NCBI GenBank assembly: GCA_000002445.1
Contig: CM000207.1
Location: forward strand, 1,024,001-1,088,000
Source: Trypanosoma brucei
Taxonomy: Eukaryota
Length of the DNA stretch: 64,000 nt
Reading direction: 5' to 3'
This document shows positions 9,614 through 20,600 of the stretch, piece after piece. Under the pieces are notes generated by a model. The model saw nothing but the letters and a program-made list of their open reading frames with translations. It was not told where the DNA came from and ran no database searches. The position numbers and the translations under genes were made by a program. Each line of letters begins with the position of its first letter. The first letter of the stretch is position 1.

Positions 9614-11782
9614 ATGGTTCGTGTGAAGGAAAAGGCTCGGAAGGGTGACGATGCGTTCAAGACACGGAAACAAAAAGTCGGGCGGAAAAAACTCGCCCCG
9701 GCAACAGCCACACGGGCGGAGGTACACGCCCGCACACTTCGCGTAACGACACCAACAGCAATCACTCGAGGGATTCTCGAGAGCGAGGCCGTAAGAACGG
9801 GGGAGAACTGCCAAACTCATAAAGGTGAGAAAGAAAAACGTGTGGTGTCGGCGGACCAATTACACCGAGACTTTAAGGAACATCTTGCGGGCACGAGGCA
9901 TTACAAAAAGGTGGTTCGGTCCACATCCTTCGCATCACTCACGAGGGCCGTCGCTGGGCACTTCTCAGCGGTCGGAAGGGCGGATGACTCATCAGCAATG
10001 GGGAATGAAACGCAACTGAGCCCATTGGAGATTTTGTACGCCTACACGGGAGCACTCGATGCCATGACGGACACTGATGATGACGTCCGACGCGCAGCTT
10101 TGGGCACGTTGAAGGTCATTTTGTATCGACGCAAGCCGGCAGCACAAATCGATGAGCAGGGGAGTGGTGCCATGGAGGCCGGTGGCGGTTCCGCTACGGC
10201 GTTTAACGTGGACCAGGCACGCGCCGCTTTGCGTGTTGTGGATGTAACATTAACCCATGCAATGGTGTCGGTGCGGCGGTCTGGAGTGGAACTGTTACAA
10301 CTCATCTTACAGGTGCAACCACTCAGCGTTAGGGCAGTGTTGAGTGAATCAACCACATGGGTGAAAATGGCAGGTCGTATCTCCAGCATCGTTCTGCCCA
10401 GCACGAGTAACGGAAGCGGCAACAGTCCATCGACAAAAATGTTTCATGTGGTTGCTGACCTACTCGAAACAATGATACCTCTGCATCGAAGTGAGAGTGA
10501 TGCGTGGAATCAGGGGTGCCCGCGAGCGCGACATGCTGTGGATGAAGTGGTTGACAAACAAGGCGAAAGTAACGTATCACTCTCTGCTTTGGTTGCTCAA
10601 TTTTTTGATGAGTGCAGTCCTCGGTGGTGTGTGGCATGGAAGGAACTCATGGAGTTGCGCGCTGCATTATTCCGTGATGTGGAATGGGTGAGACACGCTA
10701 CAGCGCTGGCACGTGCGTTTGCCTGCTGTGCGATGTACCTGTGGGACCATCGCCTGCTTGGCCGAAAGAACTCGCGGCTCATGCACCACCTCTTCACTGT
10801 CAAAGTACCCTTCACTATGCATGAACTGATTGCTCCCAGAGACCCCACTGCAGAAAGCGGTTGTGGGGTTGGTAATGGCAGTAAATGGCGCGTTGAATTA
10901 GCCAACGCCATAGCCAACGCTTGTCTTCCACTCGCCGCCGCAAATGATGACACCTGGGAAGTGTTGCATAACTTCCTCTCGATTAGTTTTCACTGTGCAA
11001 AGGATTCGGACTCCTCAGATGGGACGTCTTCCGCTGGTGAAAGCGGTAAATCCAGGCGTGCTACCCAACTTGTTGGGCCCGTGCGTACTCTGCGAACAGC
11101 GGTGGTACGCCTTCATCAGGCTTTACTTCCACGTTTGCTTCCGATTGCATCACCCCTTCTTCAAATAGTTATGCAAGCGACTAATCTGAGTGACAGTAGC
11201 GAAACAGATCGGTTGGCGTTAGTAGACGTGCTGCTGATGTCGGCGGATGTGTTTTCTTCATTTGTAACCTCGCAAGTCGCCGTGCAAAATCCTCAGAACA
11301 TCCGATACCTTCGTGACGTCGTTTTGGTGGTTCCTCGTTTTTTTTTCGCCCTGCGCGGTCTCCAGATGGAAGCCGCCTGCCTCGACCGCATCGTCTTCTC
11401 TTTCCTGTATCCGTTGTGGAGGGTGGTAAGCAGCGGTCATCCGCTACTGTCTTCACCAATGCCAAACAAATTACCAGGCGGCGCGCCGTCTTCCCCACAG
11501 GTTAATAAAGAAAACAAGCAAAAGATAACAGCTTTGCAACTGCTCGCTCGTTCCTTAACGTCCCTGTTTGAGATTCGCGTACCTGACAGTGGCGGTGAAG
11601 GCACATGCAGATCTGTTGCAGGTGTTCTGCAGCGTTGTAGCGACAGGACGGTGGAGTTAGCAGTGCACACATTGTTTTATGTGGGCGCGACGGTGCCGCC
11701 CACGAGCTGGACACGTGAAAACAATGTACTTTCCCTTCCAACACTCGTGGACACTTTGCCGCGACCCGGTGTTTGTGCGTGA
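9614..11782 (+). CDS. Hypothetical 722-aa protein; the basic N-terminus is weakly reminiscent of the Ipi1/TEX10 N-terminal region (Rix1-complex component)
   Basis: ATG at 9614. N-terminus MVRVKEKARKGDDAFKTRKQKVGRKKLAP resembles the K-rich ...DF.K.KLKVGK... start of Ipi1/TEX10. The rest is predicted helical. The resemblance is weak. Confidence 0.75.
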   Translation: MVRVKEKARKGDDAFKTRKQKVGRKKLAPATATRAEVHARTLRVTTPTAITRGILESEAVRTGENCQTHKGEKEKRVVSADQLHRDFKEHLAGTRHYKKVVRSTSFASLTRAVAGHFSAVGRADDSSAMGNETQLSPLEILYAYTGALDAMTDTDDDVRRAALGTLKVILYRRKPAAQIDEQGSGAMEAGGGSATAFNVDQARAALRVVDVTLTHAMVSVRRSGVELLQLILQVQPLSVRAVLSESTTWVKMAGRISSIVLPSTSNGSGNSPSTKMFHVVADLLETMIPLHRSESDAWNQGCPRARHAVDEVVDKQGESNVSLSALVAQFFDECSPRWCVAWKELMELRAALFRDVEWVRHATALARAFACCAMYLWDHRLLGRKNSRLMHHLFTVKVPFTMHELIAPRDPTAESGCGVGNGSKWRVELANAIANACLPLAAANDDTWEVLHNFLSISFHCAKDSDSSDGTSSAGESGKSRRATQLVGPVRTLRTAVVRLHQALLPRLLPIASPLLQIVMQATNLSDSSETDRLALVDVLLMSADVFSSFVTSQVAVQNPQNIRYLRDVVLVVPRFFFALRGLQMEAACLDRIVFSFLYPLWRVVSSGHPLLSSPMPNKLPGGAPSSPQVNKENKQKITALQLLARSLTSLFEIRVPDSGGEGTCRSVAGVLQRCSDRTVELAVHTLFYVGATVPPTSWTRENNVLSLPTLVDTLPRPGVCA

Positions 11783-12129
11783 AGGTGATGTGCAGGCCAT
11801 GCAATTTCCAGTTGTGACAGTAATCGAGTAAATTAGTAAGGAAATGGGGGAAACAAAACTTAAAACCATCAGCAAATGCGAGCTCAACAGTAGCGGAGGG
11901 TCTCTACCCCTAACCTCTTTTTGGGGGTGGGGTGGATTATGGTATTCTGTGCACAATACCCCCGCCTCTCAGTTATCTCCCTTTAGACGGTTTTTTTTTT
12001 TTTCCGTCTGTCCGTCCGTTTCTTTGTGGTTTATTTAGCGCAAATAAACGTGCACGTAGTTAAGGGGGAGAAAGCGCGGATAGAGTGATTCAAAAGGTTG
12101 GTGGCCAAAGTTATAGTTGTTAGTGGCGA

Positions 12130-12759
12130 ATGGACGCCGGAAGCGATGAGGCAGTTCAAAAGAAAATGCAGGAATTCCTGTCGAAGGATGCCATGGAGGA
12201 GCTCCGCAACATCGGTGATCGAACGGAAAGTCGCGTGCGTCATGGATTGCTCCCCCGCGACTACCAGCAGCAGCAACATCAAAAGGACTATCAGACGGCT
12301 AACGTCACTCACGAGGAAGAAGTAAATTCCTACATACAGCAACGGCGCACATGGCGGGAAAATGTGTTTTTGCTCCGTGATTTTGAGTACTGGAGACTCC
12401 GAGCAGAATATTATCCATACGTGCGGCGCGGCGATGAACAAAATGACAACTTTTTCATCCGCGGTATTGCCTGCCATCCTCGGCTGAGTGACTACCCAAT
12501 GTGCCGCAAACCGATACAAGATTACTTTGTGTGCCGCGACAAAAATAAGATATTGCAACTGTTCAACCTGTGTGCCCCAATGAAAGAGCAGTTCTGCGCA
12601 TGCATTAACGAAGTGTTCGTGAAGAATCACGAGCGTGGTGACAAGAAGTTTAATGCACAGCGTAATGAGTACTTTGAGGAACAGCGAAATAGGCGACTCT
12701 CAAAGATGATGGCGCATGTGGAGGACTCAATGGAGAAGCGAAAGAAGCTACAGGATTAA
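12130..12759 (+). CDS. Twin Cx9C (CHCH-domain) protein, NDUFB7/B18-like architecture
   Basis: ATG at 12130. CHPRLSDYPMC and CRKPIQDYFVC are back-to-back Cx9C motifs sharing the middle Cys, followed by CAPMKEQFCAC. This layout is like NDUFB7 (complex I B18 subunit). Confidence 0.8.
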   Translation: MDAGSDEAVQKKMQEFLSKDAMEELRNIGDRTESRVRHGLLPRDYQQQQHQKDYQTANVTHEEEVNSYIQQRRTWRENVFLLRDFEYWRLRAEYYPYVRRGDEQNDNFFIRGIACHPRLSDYPMCRKPIQDYFVCRDKNKILQLFNLCAPMKEQFCACINEVFVKNHERGDKKFNAQRNEYFEEQRNRRLSKMMAHVEDSMEKRKKLQD

Positions 12760-13569
12760 ATAAGACATCAAATTTGAAAGGGATAACGTGCGGAATGGTG
12801 ACAAGAGTGTCACTTGCAACGCTCCTTCCCTCTACCCAAATCTTCCATTATCGTTATGTTCACTATTCTCCCTTGTCTCCCTTCTCTTACCTTATTTTCC
12901 GTTCATCACAACTAATGTGACTGTTATTTGTTTTTACTTACCGCCTGCGGATGTTGAACTTTCGCGGCAGAAAACTTCTTCTAGTTGCGGGGTGGGGAGG
13001 CTGCTATATTAGTATTCTTTTATCGGTTATATGTTGTTCCGGAGGCGCGCGCACGTGTTGAAAAAATGGTTACTATTCGTTTATTTACTGGGGGCTTAAT
13101 GGGAAAAAAAAAGGATAATACTAGATGTCTAACCGATGGCCAAACGCGGTACCCCCTTGTTCAGTGGGGTGCGCTTTGATATCGGCGTCGGATGAGTGAC
13201 GTGAGGTACCCTCAAAGAAATTGTTCGGGTATGTTGGGCTGCTTTCCAATTCCTTGGGTGAACTTCAAGGAATGAAACTAGAACCAGTGTTTAGGAAATG
13301 GAAACCATTACAAATACATACACAACACACATACTAGGGCTCAGTGTCGTCACGCCCCGGGAACTTTCCATCCACTTCATTAAACGATGAGTGTGTTACC
13401 CCAATCGCATACTCCCATGCCACTTCCCCGTTTTCCCTCCCCTTCCCCCCCCCTTGCATTAACAAATGCTCCGTTTTCCTCTTGTACTTTTGCCTCCTCG
13501 GAGCAAAAATACGCCCATTACTGACTGGGAAAAGTCCACGTAGAGGGACTACGTTACAGCTAGTAATAT

Positions 13570-14976
13570 ATGAAGACTGTAATTTCCACTGCTTTTGCAC
13601 GCGTTGGTGAGCTTGCTTGTCAGCAGGATTCATTCCTGCGTGAGATAACCGCTCGTGTCGTATCCTGCGAGGCTGCCGCTGTGAACAGAAACAATAGTGG
13701 TGCCTCCGGTAAAAAGAGCAAAAGTAGCGGTACACAAGTGGAGCTGCCGCAAAGCTACGACGTGATACTCACCGACTCTGTTCTGTTTCCCGACGGTGGT
13801 GGGCAACCGTGCGACCATGGTGTTCTTATCCGGCGAGAAACAAACGAGGAACTGCCGGTCCGTGTGGTTCAGCGGCGAGGTGATTCGTGTGTGATGAATT
13901 TGCCGTGCATGCTCAAAGTCGGTGAGGACGTCCAACTCCGGGTTGACTGGGACCGCCGTCTCGACCACATGCAGCACCACTCCGCGCAGCATTTGTTGAC
14001 TGCTGTCGTTGAAGACCCCAGTTTCTGTGGTTTGCCAACAGTGTCGTGGGCGCTAACGCAGCCATACTGTCATATCGTTCTTCCAACAGGAAAAAGGATT
14101 GAGCCTGAGATGTTGCAGCGAATCGAAGAGCACTGCAATCGTGTCATTGCGCGGGCGGTTCCTGTACGGTGCAGAGTATACAGCAGCAAAGAGGAGTATG
14201 AAAACGACTTGCAGAGGGAGCCGGAGAAAAATGACGACGGAGGAAGGCTGCGCGGCTCGCGACCCATTCCTCCAGATGTTGCGGGGCCCATTCGTATAAT
14301 TGATATGGAGGGTATTGACTGTTGCACTTGTTGTGGCACTCACGTCACCAACTTGGCGCAGTTGCAAGTATTGAAGCTCCTACACCAAGAAACCAAAGGA
14401 GATACACTGAAACTGTTCTTCATTGCAGGTGAACGCGTGAGGCGTTTCTTCGGCGACATGTATGGTCGCGAGAGGGAGCTAATGAAAGAAATGGGTGGCA
14501 TACGGCCTGAAGATTTCGTTTCGGCAGCCATTCGAAAGGGAAAAGACTTCGTGGAGCTGGAGAAACGATTGAAGCACATGACTCAAGAGCTTATGAAACT
14601 GCGGAGCGAGAAACTTATCGCAGAGGCAAAACAGTTGTCAGAAAACGGGAAGGGTGACAGTGCCAGTCACAGGCCTCCTGTTGTCGTTTACCGTCGCGAT
14701 GATGTTGACGCAGATTTCTTCAGCGGACTTCGGGATGAACTGCGACAAGCGTGTCCCAACTGTGTCGGTGTCTTTGCTTGGGCAATGGCTCCTCTAACCG
14801 CAGCCAAAACGGGGCAATTTATGATTGTTGGCCCAACTGAAAGTGTAGAGGTTTTGGCGCCGGTTGTGTGTGCAGCTCTCGAGGGTAAGGGAGGCATGTC
14901 GAAGTTTGGCTACCGTGGAAAGGGAAGCCTTTGCGCTTGGGAAGATCTCGTGAAGGAGTTGACTTCCAAGGGGTAA
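13570..14976 (+). CDS. AlaX / AARSD1-like protein (alanyl-tRNA synthetase editing-domain homologue, tRNA_SAD)
   Basis: ATG at 13570. HxxxH motif (HHSAQHLL) and CxxxH motif (CCTCCGTHV), characteristic of Ala/Thr-tRNA synthetase editing domains. A DGGGQPCDHG Gly-rich motif lies N-terminal to them. Confidence 0.8.
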   Translation: MKTVISTAFARVGELACQQDSFLREITARVVSCEAAAVNRNNSGASGKKSKSSGTQVELPQSYDVILTDSVLFPDGGGQPCDHGVLIRRETNEELPVRVVQRRGDSCVMNLPCMLKVGEDVQLRVDWDRRLDHMQHHSAQHLLTAVVEDPSFCGLPTVSWALTQPYCHIVLPTGKRIEPEMLQRIEEHCNRVIARAVPVRCRVYSSKEEYENDLQREPEKNDDGGRLRGSRPIPPDVAGPIRIIDMEGIDCCTCCGTHVTNLAQLQVLKLLHQETKGDTLKLFFIAGERVRRFFGDMYGRERELMKEMGGIRPEDFVSAAIRKGKDFVELEKRLKHMTQELMKLRSEKLIAEAKQLSENGKGDSASHRPPVVVYRRDDVDADFFSGLRDELRQACPNCVGVFAWAMAPLTAAKTGQFMIVGPTESVEVLAPVVCAALEGKGGMSKFGYRGKGSLCAWEDLVKELTSKG

Positions 14977-15606
14977 ATATTTTCATTTTACTGGCGGGTC
15001 CCCGTCTCTGCACACCTGAGGAGGAGGAGGAGGAGCCTCAGCTCTTAGCAGGGCCAAGATTCCCTTATCCGTTTCAGCTTATCGCGATTACAGAATTATT
15101 GTCAATTTCATCCAATGACACTGACTTTGGTGGGATAATCTCTGCAGTGTGCAGTTGTTGGTCATTGTTTTTTTTTATTTTTCTCCTTACATGCACGGCG
15201 TAGCTGTCCCCGCGCGGTAGCAAAGTCTTCTGGGTGCGGTGGTCATTGATGGTCACTGCGTCGTGCTTTTTTTCCTCCTATTGGTACCTCTTTTCCCCCC
15301 TTTCCCAAAATTCGTTGTGTTCCCTTTTTTTTTTCTCTTCTTGCTTTTATCCCACCAGCCCCTCAAGTAAGGAGTGTGCCATAACTCACCGAATACTCTG
15401 CTCTGGATACGACACCGTACGAGACCTCCGTATAGCGTACTACAAGCACACGCTCACACCATATATAAACGTACGGAAACGCAAAGCATTTGATTTACCA
15501 AAAGAGAAGGGGGCGAAAAAAAAAATAGTTAAAGGTTGTGGTTGTTTGCACGTGGTGTGCACTGCGGCACTGAGCCATCGTGAGTCTTTTACCTTTTTTT
15601 TTCTAC

Positions 15607-17265
15607 ATGGCAGTTGATCGTATCGGAAACGAGGAGGGCACTACTAAACGGAAAGGGCATGGGTTGCTGTGCCTTCCTGCTGGTGTGATTAAGGAAGTGC
15701 TTTCCTTCCTCCCAGCGACGATAACAGTGCGGGTTATGACCTTTGTTGCGCCTCGGTTTGCATACATTACAAGGAGTGATATACATTGGATGAGCGTGTG
15801 GAACGCATACATAAATGAGTGCACTAGTCGATACTCGCAGAGTGGCCCATTATCTCATCGAAAGGACCGTTTAGAAATGTTGTGCGCGAGCGGGAAAAGT
15901 TATAGCGGGCCGATAATACTTCTCGCGTCGGTGCCGAAGCGGGCGCTACCGAACACGCGTGTCACTAGCAGAGGAAGTGGAAAAATAGCACTAGTGGAAT
16001 GGCGAGACGACCCCAACAGTGAGAAAGAAGGGGGAAAGTGCGACTGCGTGGTGCACCTTATCTTACCAATCAGGTCACTGCCATCACTGTCTGGTAGTCC
16101 GGTCATCGCATCTACTGAGCGCATGGCTGCCCTCCGAATTTCAAGGGTGGAGGATCGCGAAGGGAATGAGGTCGACCATCCTAACGACGGCGAGCACAAT
16201 AGTTTAGGTGTTGGTGTATGCAATACGATGCTGTTACGTAAGGCACTGTGTTTCCTCCACGGTAACAACAGTAACATGCTATTTATTAGGCCAATGATCG
16301 ACGGGCTGCATGCTGTACGACTTCTCTTTTTCTCTTCCAAACAATCTAGCCTCGACCGGCGCGAGGGCACAGCTGAGGAACAGGAAGCGACAATTGTTGA
16401 GTTCATCAACGCTGTTGCATACGCATTGGAGTGCTGCACTTCTCGAAAAGCGTTAGCGCCGGCGGGGACAGCTCGCTTGGCGACGCTGTATTTGGAGACG
16501 GGTTCGGAATCTGTCTTCACGATCGGAAATGACGCTGCAACCGTTGCTGAAAATGCGATCGCCGTAGAAGCTGCCGAAACGGCATCTGGCGGCAGCAACG
16601 ATGGTATATTTTTCTCTCTATTTGACTCACAACCTTCGGAAAAACCGGAAGCCGGTGCGAACGGGCTACGGTACAGCAGTGTGAGCACCCAAGTGTATCT
16701 TTTCCTTCTTCAGCACGTCAGCTTCTCGGACGTGCACGTGCATGTCTTGGAGAACGAGCGAAAGTGTGCAGTGTGTAGCAGGGTACTGAGTCCAACAGGA
16801 CGTGCGGTAGAGTTCCGCTTTTTCTATTCATTGTTTCTTGGTGGCTATCCTCGTTTCTTCGCTAAGATGGTTTTTGCTGAGGCCGATCTCCCACGCACGC
16901 GGATCCAACAGGTCTTCGAGCGTAACTGTAGTCGATATGTGCCAACTTCAGCGACTGATTATTCGTCTAACGAAGAGGATGAAAATGAGGAAGAAACGTT
17001 ACCAATGCTGTGTAATTCGTTCTGTGGGGGATACGGGCGGGTGGAAGTGGACATAAAACCAACCATATCACGAGATGGTTTTGAACGGCTGCGTGAGGCG
17101 CTTGGCTTATCCGCTGCAGTTCTTCCCATGCCAATGCTTTGGAATGTTGTGATGTTGGCAACCGGTGTGGGTGGTGTGGTACTGCGTGAGCAGCAGTCGT
17201 GTTTCGCATCCTACTACAGGACGTCATTCGCCGCCGCCTTTGAGCAGGAGTTTGAGTCCAGTTGA
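15607..17265 (+). CDS. Hypothetical protein with an N-terminal F-box-like motif
   Basis: The ORF track starts at a GTG (15580); the first ATG is at 15607. LLCLPAGVIKEVLSFLPATITVRVMTFVAPRFAYI resembles an F-box. An antisense ORF 15900-16688 is rejected as an artifact. Confidence 0.7.
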   Translation: MAVDRIGNEEGTTKRKGHGLLCLPAGVIKEVLSFLPATITVRVMTFVAPRFAYITRSDIHWMSVWNAYINECTSRYSQSGPLSHRKDRLEMLCASGKSYSGPIILLASVPKRALPNTRVTSRGSGKIALVEWRDDPNSEKEGGKCDCVVHLILPIRSLPSLSGSPVIASTERMAALRISRVEDREGNEVDHPNDGEHNSLGVGVCNTMLLRKALCFLHGNNSNMLFIRPMIDGLHAVRLLFFSSKQSSLDRREGTAEEQEATIVEFINAVAYALECCTSRKALAPAGTARLATLYLETGSESVFTIGNDAATVAENAIAVEAAETASGGSNDGIFFSLFDSQPSEKPEAGANGLRYSSVSTQVYLFLLQHVSFSDVHVHVLENERKCAVCSRVLSPTGRAVEFRFFYSLFLGGYPRFFAKMVFAEADLPRTRIQQVFERNCSRYVPTSATDYSSNEEDENEEETLPMLCNSFCGGYGRVEVDIKPTISRDGFERLREALGLSAAVLPMPMLWNVVMLATGVGGVVLREQQSCFASYYRTSFAAAFEQEFESS

Positions 17266-17590
17266 GTTTACGAGTGAGTGAAGGTAAAAAAAATTGCGGA
17301 TGGGTGTGGGTGTGGGTGTTTATTGTACGTTAAGCGTTAGTGCAGAGCATATTGCTTGTGTCGCGCCGCTGGTACCCAGTGTCCACGGGAAAAGGAGACG
17401 CCACGACCAACTGTACGCATAGACACATCTGGAACTACTGCGTTTGCATTTGTAAATAGGTGAGATGTCGAATATATGTGTATCTTCTTTTCTGTTGCAC
17501 ATCTTGGCTTGGTACGGCTGTGAGTAAGTGGGGAACTACGACCCACAAACACTGCACAAGGGGAGAATACTTAGTCAAGCGCATATAGTG

Positions 17591-17611
17591 TCTTCTCTAT
17601 TTTTGATGTAG
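17591..17611 (+). promoter_or_regulatory. Polypyrimidine tract + AG trans-splice acceptor immediately upstream of the 2550-aa gene
   Basis: tcttctctatttttgatgtag, then gc, then ATG at 17614. Confidence 0.55.
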
Positions 17612-17613
17612 GC

Positions 17614-20600
17614 ATGAAGAGGTGCCGCGCTTACTTTGTCGGGGAGGTTGCGCTCACCGGGGTCGGTGCTTTTCAGGGACGGTGGTGCCAGCCGGCATGC
17701 AAGTCGCAGTTGCAAAGCACGCAGAAACAAGGACGACCCGATGGCCTTACGGTGTCGTTGATGCGCTTATCGGCGTCACAGCGGCGCACGGCCTCCGTAG
17801 CATATGCCCACGGAAATGAAGAGCGACAACTGCTCCCAACGAGTTACAAGAATGTTGCAGCACCGCGCCTCCTGCACGTACTCTTGCTGAAGTGCCGGCA
17901 GAAGACCGCCAAGCCGTCCATTTTGGATGTTGAAGCTGTACCGGAAGTCTCCATGCTAGCAGGTGCGCAGCGAGACGCGGACGAGTCCGGTGGAAAATGG
18001 CATGCGGCTTTCCGGTTGTTCAGTGAAGCGATACAGCGCCGCGGAGTGCTACCCAACATTGCTCACATTAATGTGCTGCTTGGAATTACTGTACGTGAGC
18101 GCCGTTGGCCGCAAAAGGCGGAAGTGGAAAAATTTGTCGAACGGTTCCTTGAAGCCGCGGAGTGCATGGGTGACGAAAGGAAAGAGTATCTGGCGGAGCA
18201 GTTGCAAACGGGTGCTAAAGGCAATGAATGCACTGTGGATGATGTATCCATCCAGCAACTGATTACGGCTATGCGACCGACAGCAGAGACGTACGAATGG
18301 CTCATGGAGGCCGCCGTAAGACAGCGAGACTGGGAAGCGGCACTCACATACTTCGGCGACGCACGTGCTGCGTGCCTACCAATTAGTGACCTCTCACTTC
18401 GTTTGTCCCTTCGCGCCTATCGAATTGCTGGCGTGCACTCAATCTTCAAGACGACCAAAAGAGATCGGCGCGCAGTGCAAATGATGTCACTCCGCACGGA
18501 TCAAAGAGGGCCTGCACTCCGATCCTCGGCGGCGCCGGCGTCACTGCGCGGTGTGGCTAACGCAGTGCGAGTGGAATCGGAGGATGTGCGGTATGTGTGG
18601 CAAGCTGCCCTCTCACTGTTTGAGTCCTACAAGCATCGTGTGCATGAGGGACAGACGATAGGGCTCTTTATGACGATGATGACGGAGGCCGGGCAGTACC
18701 AACAGGTTATTCGTACGCACTCTGAATGTCATCGTACCCTTATTGTCGATGAAGATGTACTCCTTACTGTGAGCAGGGCAGCACGAGAACTTGGTGACTG
18801 GGTTTTGAGCCTGCGTTTGCTCGAGGAAAGCAGTGCAAAAGCTTCAGGGCTGCCGCAATCGATACTGGAAAACACCGTGCATACCTTGCGACGGACCGGA
18901 CACTACAGGGAGATACTGCTACTTCATGCGCAGCTTCCGCCCATATTCTGGTCTGCTGGGGCCTATGTAGTTCTCGCTCAAGCCGCGGTAGTGCAACGGG
19001 AGCTGCCCTTGCTCCTATCGCTTCTTACGGACGAAGAAGACAGATATGAAGACGCACAAATGCCACACGATGTGGATACTGCAGCTCATACATCGTTACA
19101 ACGAAATCTTTCTTTCAACGTTACAACCGCTGCGTCGATGTGTACAGGAAGGCAAAAGCAAACACCGCTGGAAATGTTTGACGTGGCCCTACGGGCCATT
19201 CAGGTTGAGCTCATTCATCGTCGGTGCAAACGTGCTGGCGATTCTAGTACCAGTACAGGTAGCGGAAGCATTGGCACGGGCAGCGGCAACTGCCAAGCAG
19301 GGTCGGTGACGCCACGATACGATTCCGTGGCAAGTCTCGCCTCGCTCTCTGTTGCTATCTACGAAAAGTTCCTGCATGTGTCAACACGTCAACTGAAGAA
19401 GTGGGAGCGCGACAATTGGCCCTCCGGCTCCACATTGACTATCTATGCGCCACTTTTAAAGCTTCTTGCTGTACCGCTCTGTGAAAATCATACCGTTGTT
19501 TCCACTAACAAGAACGTGCGCGGCTCCCCCTGCGCCCCTTGGGAAGTGGCCCTCGCGCATGTGGCATTGATCAGGAGGCCTGACGCTCCGCTAATATGCC
19601 TTGCCGCCCACCTACTGCAGCGGTATCAGCAATGGGAGGCAGCCTTCAAGTTGCTGTCCCACGTGGAGCACAACGACGAGTTGGCTCAGTCTGCCGCTTT
19701 TAAATTACGTTGTGCTCTGCAACTGGGGCCGTCTCGGGCGTCGGCATCAGTGGAGCCATCAAGTTATCGTTGCACGATCATTTCCGCCACCTCCGTCCGT
19801 TATGCCGTGTTAAGCGCCGCCGCCCACCGACCAGCTGCGGCGCTCCATCTCGTACAGTATGCACTGGCACACAGCTGGATCGACAGTGGTATGGCGTTGC
19901 AGCTGCTGCAGCACATACAACGCAATATGAAAGAACCGGTGCAGCGCCGCACTGGCGGCAGACAAGCGACAGCGTCGAATTCCCACATTGGCATGATCGG
20001 CGGTGAAACCGATAGCTACACTCTATCATGTGATGCTATCGTTTTTTTCAAAGAATTTGTTTCTCTTTGGAGCCAGCAGAGTTGTGTGGTGGCCCCACTT
20101 GCACCTCTCTTCAATGAGATATTAATATTCCTGCAGCGTGGACCTCATACGGACCCATCAATATCGTCGTTCACTGCTTTATGTGGTTCAATAGCAAACG
20201 TCCTCCGTCGACTCTCCACCGAATGGAAAGTGGAGCAACACGCTGATGTGGAGCTGGCGCTGGTTGCAGCGGTCCACGCAACTGTGCACCACGTGGGGGC
20301 TTCTACGTTGAGCCGACGAGCTCTCTGGTCGGAGTGTCTGTGTCTCGTTCAGCTCTTCCACAGTCCACTCATTCGTCGAACCTATACCGTAGGAGTACTG
20401 GAGGTAAATGAGGCAACATTTCGTGTGCTCCGTACGTTTATATCAAATTGTAATCGGTCTGAGGAGGCGTTTGTGGAGGGTATCGCGTTTCAGTGGTTGC
20501 TGCCAGGGAAAGTACTGGAACTTCCTCAACTGGAAGAAATTTTTAGGGCACCAGGTGGCCTCACAAGCGCTGCAAATGCTTCGGTGTGGTGGTCGTTGGG

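Noticed and set aside
12031-12630. 199-aa minus-strand ORF
   Set aside because: Fully overlaps the + strand CHCH-protein gene, which has clear twin Cx9C motifs. It has no upstream signal on the minus strand and is taken as an antisense artifact.
13146-13190. A-box-like TTCAGTGGGGTGCGC
   Set aside because: No B box (GGTTCGAnTCC) 30-40 nt downstream and no cloverleaf pairing. Rejected as tRNA.
15019-15033. (GAG)5 triplet run after the AlaX-like gene
   Set aside because: Short, non-coding, unremarkable microsatellite.
15900-16688. 262-aa minus-strand ORF
   Set aside because: Antisense to the F-box-like gene. Ser/Ala-rich low-complexity translation typical of the reverse frame of GC-rich coding sequence.
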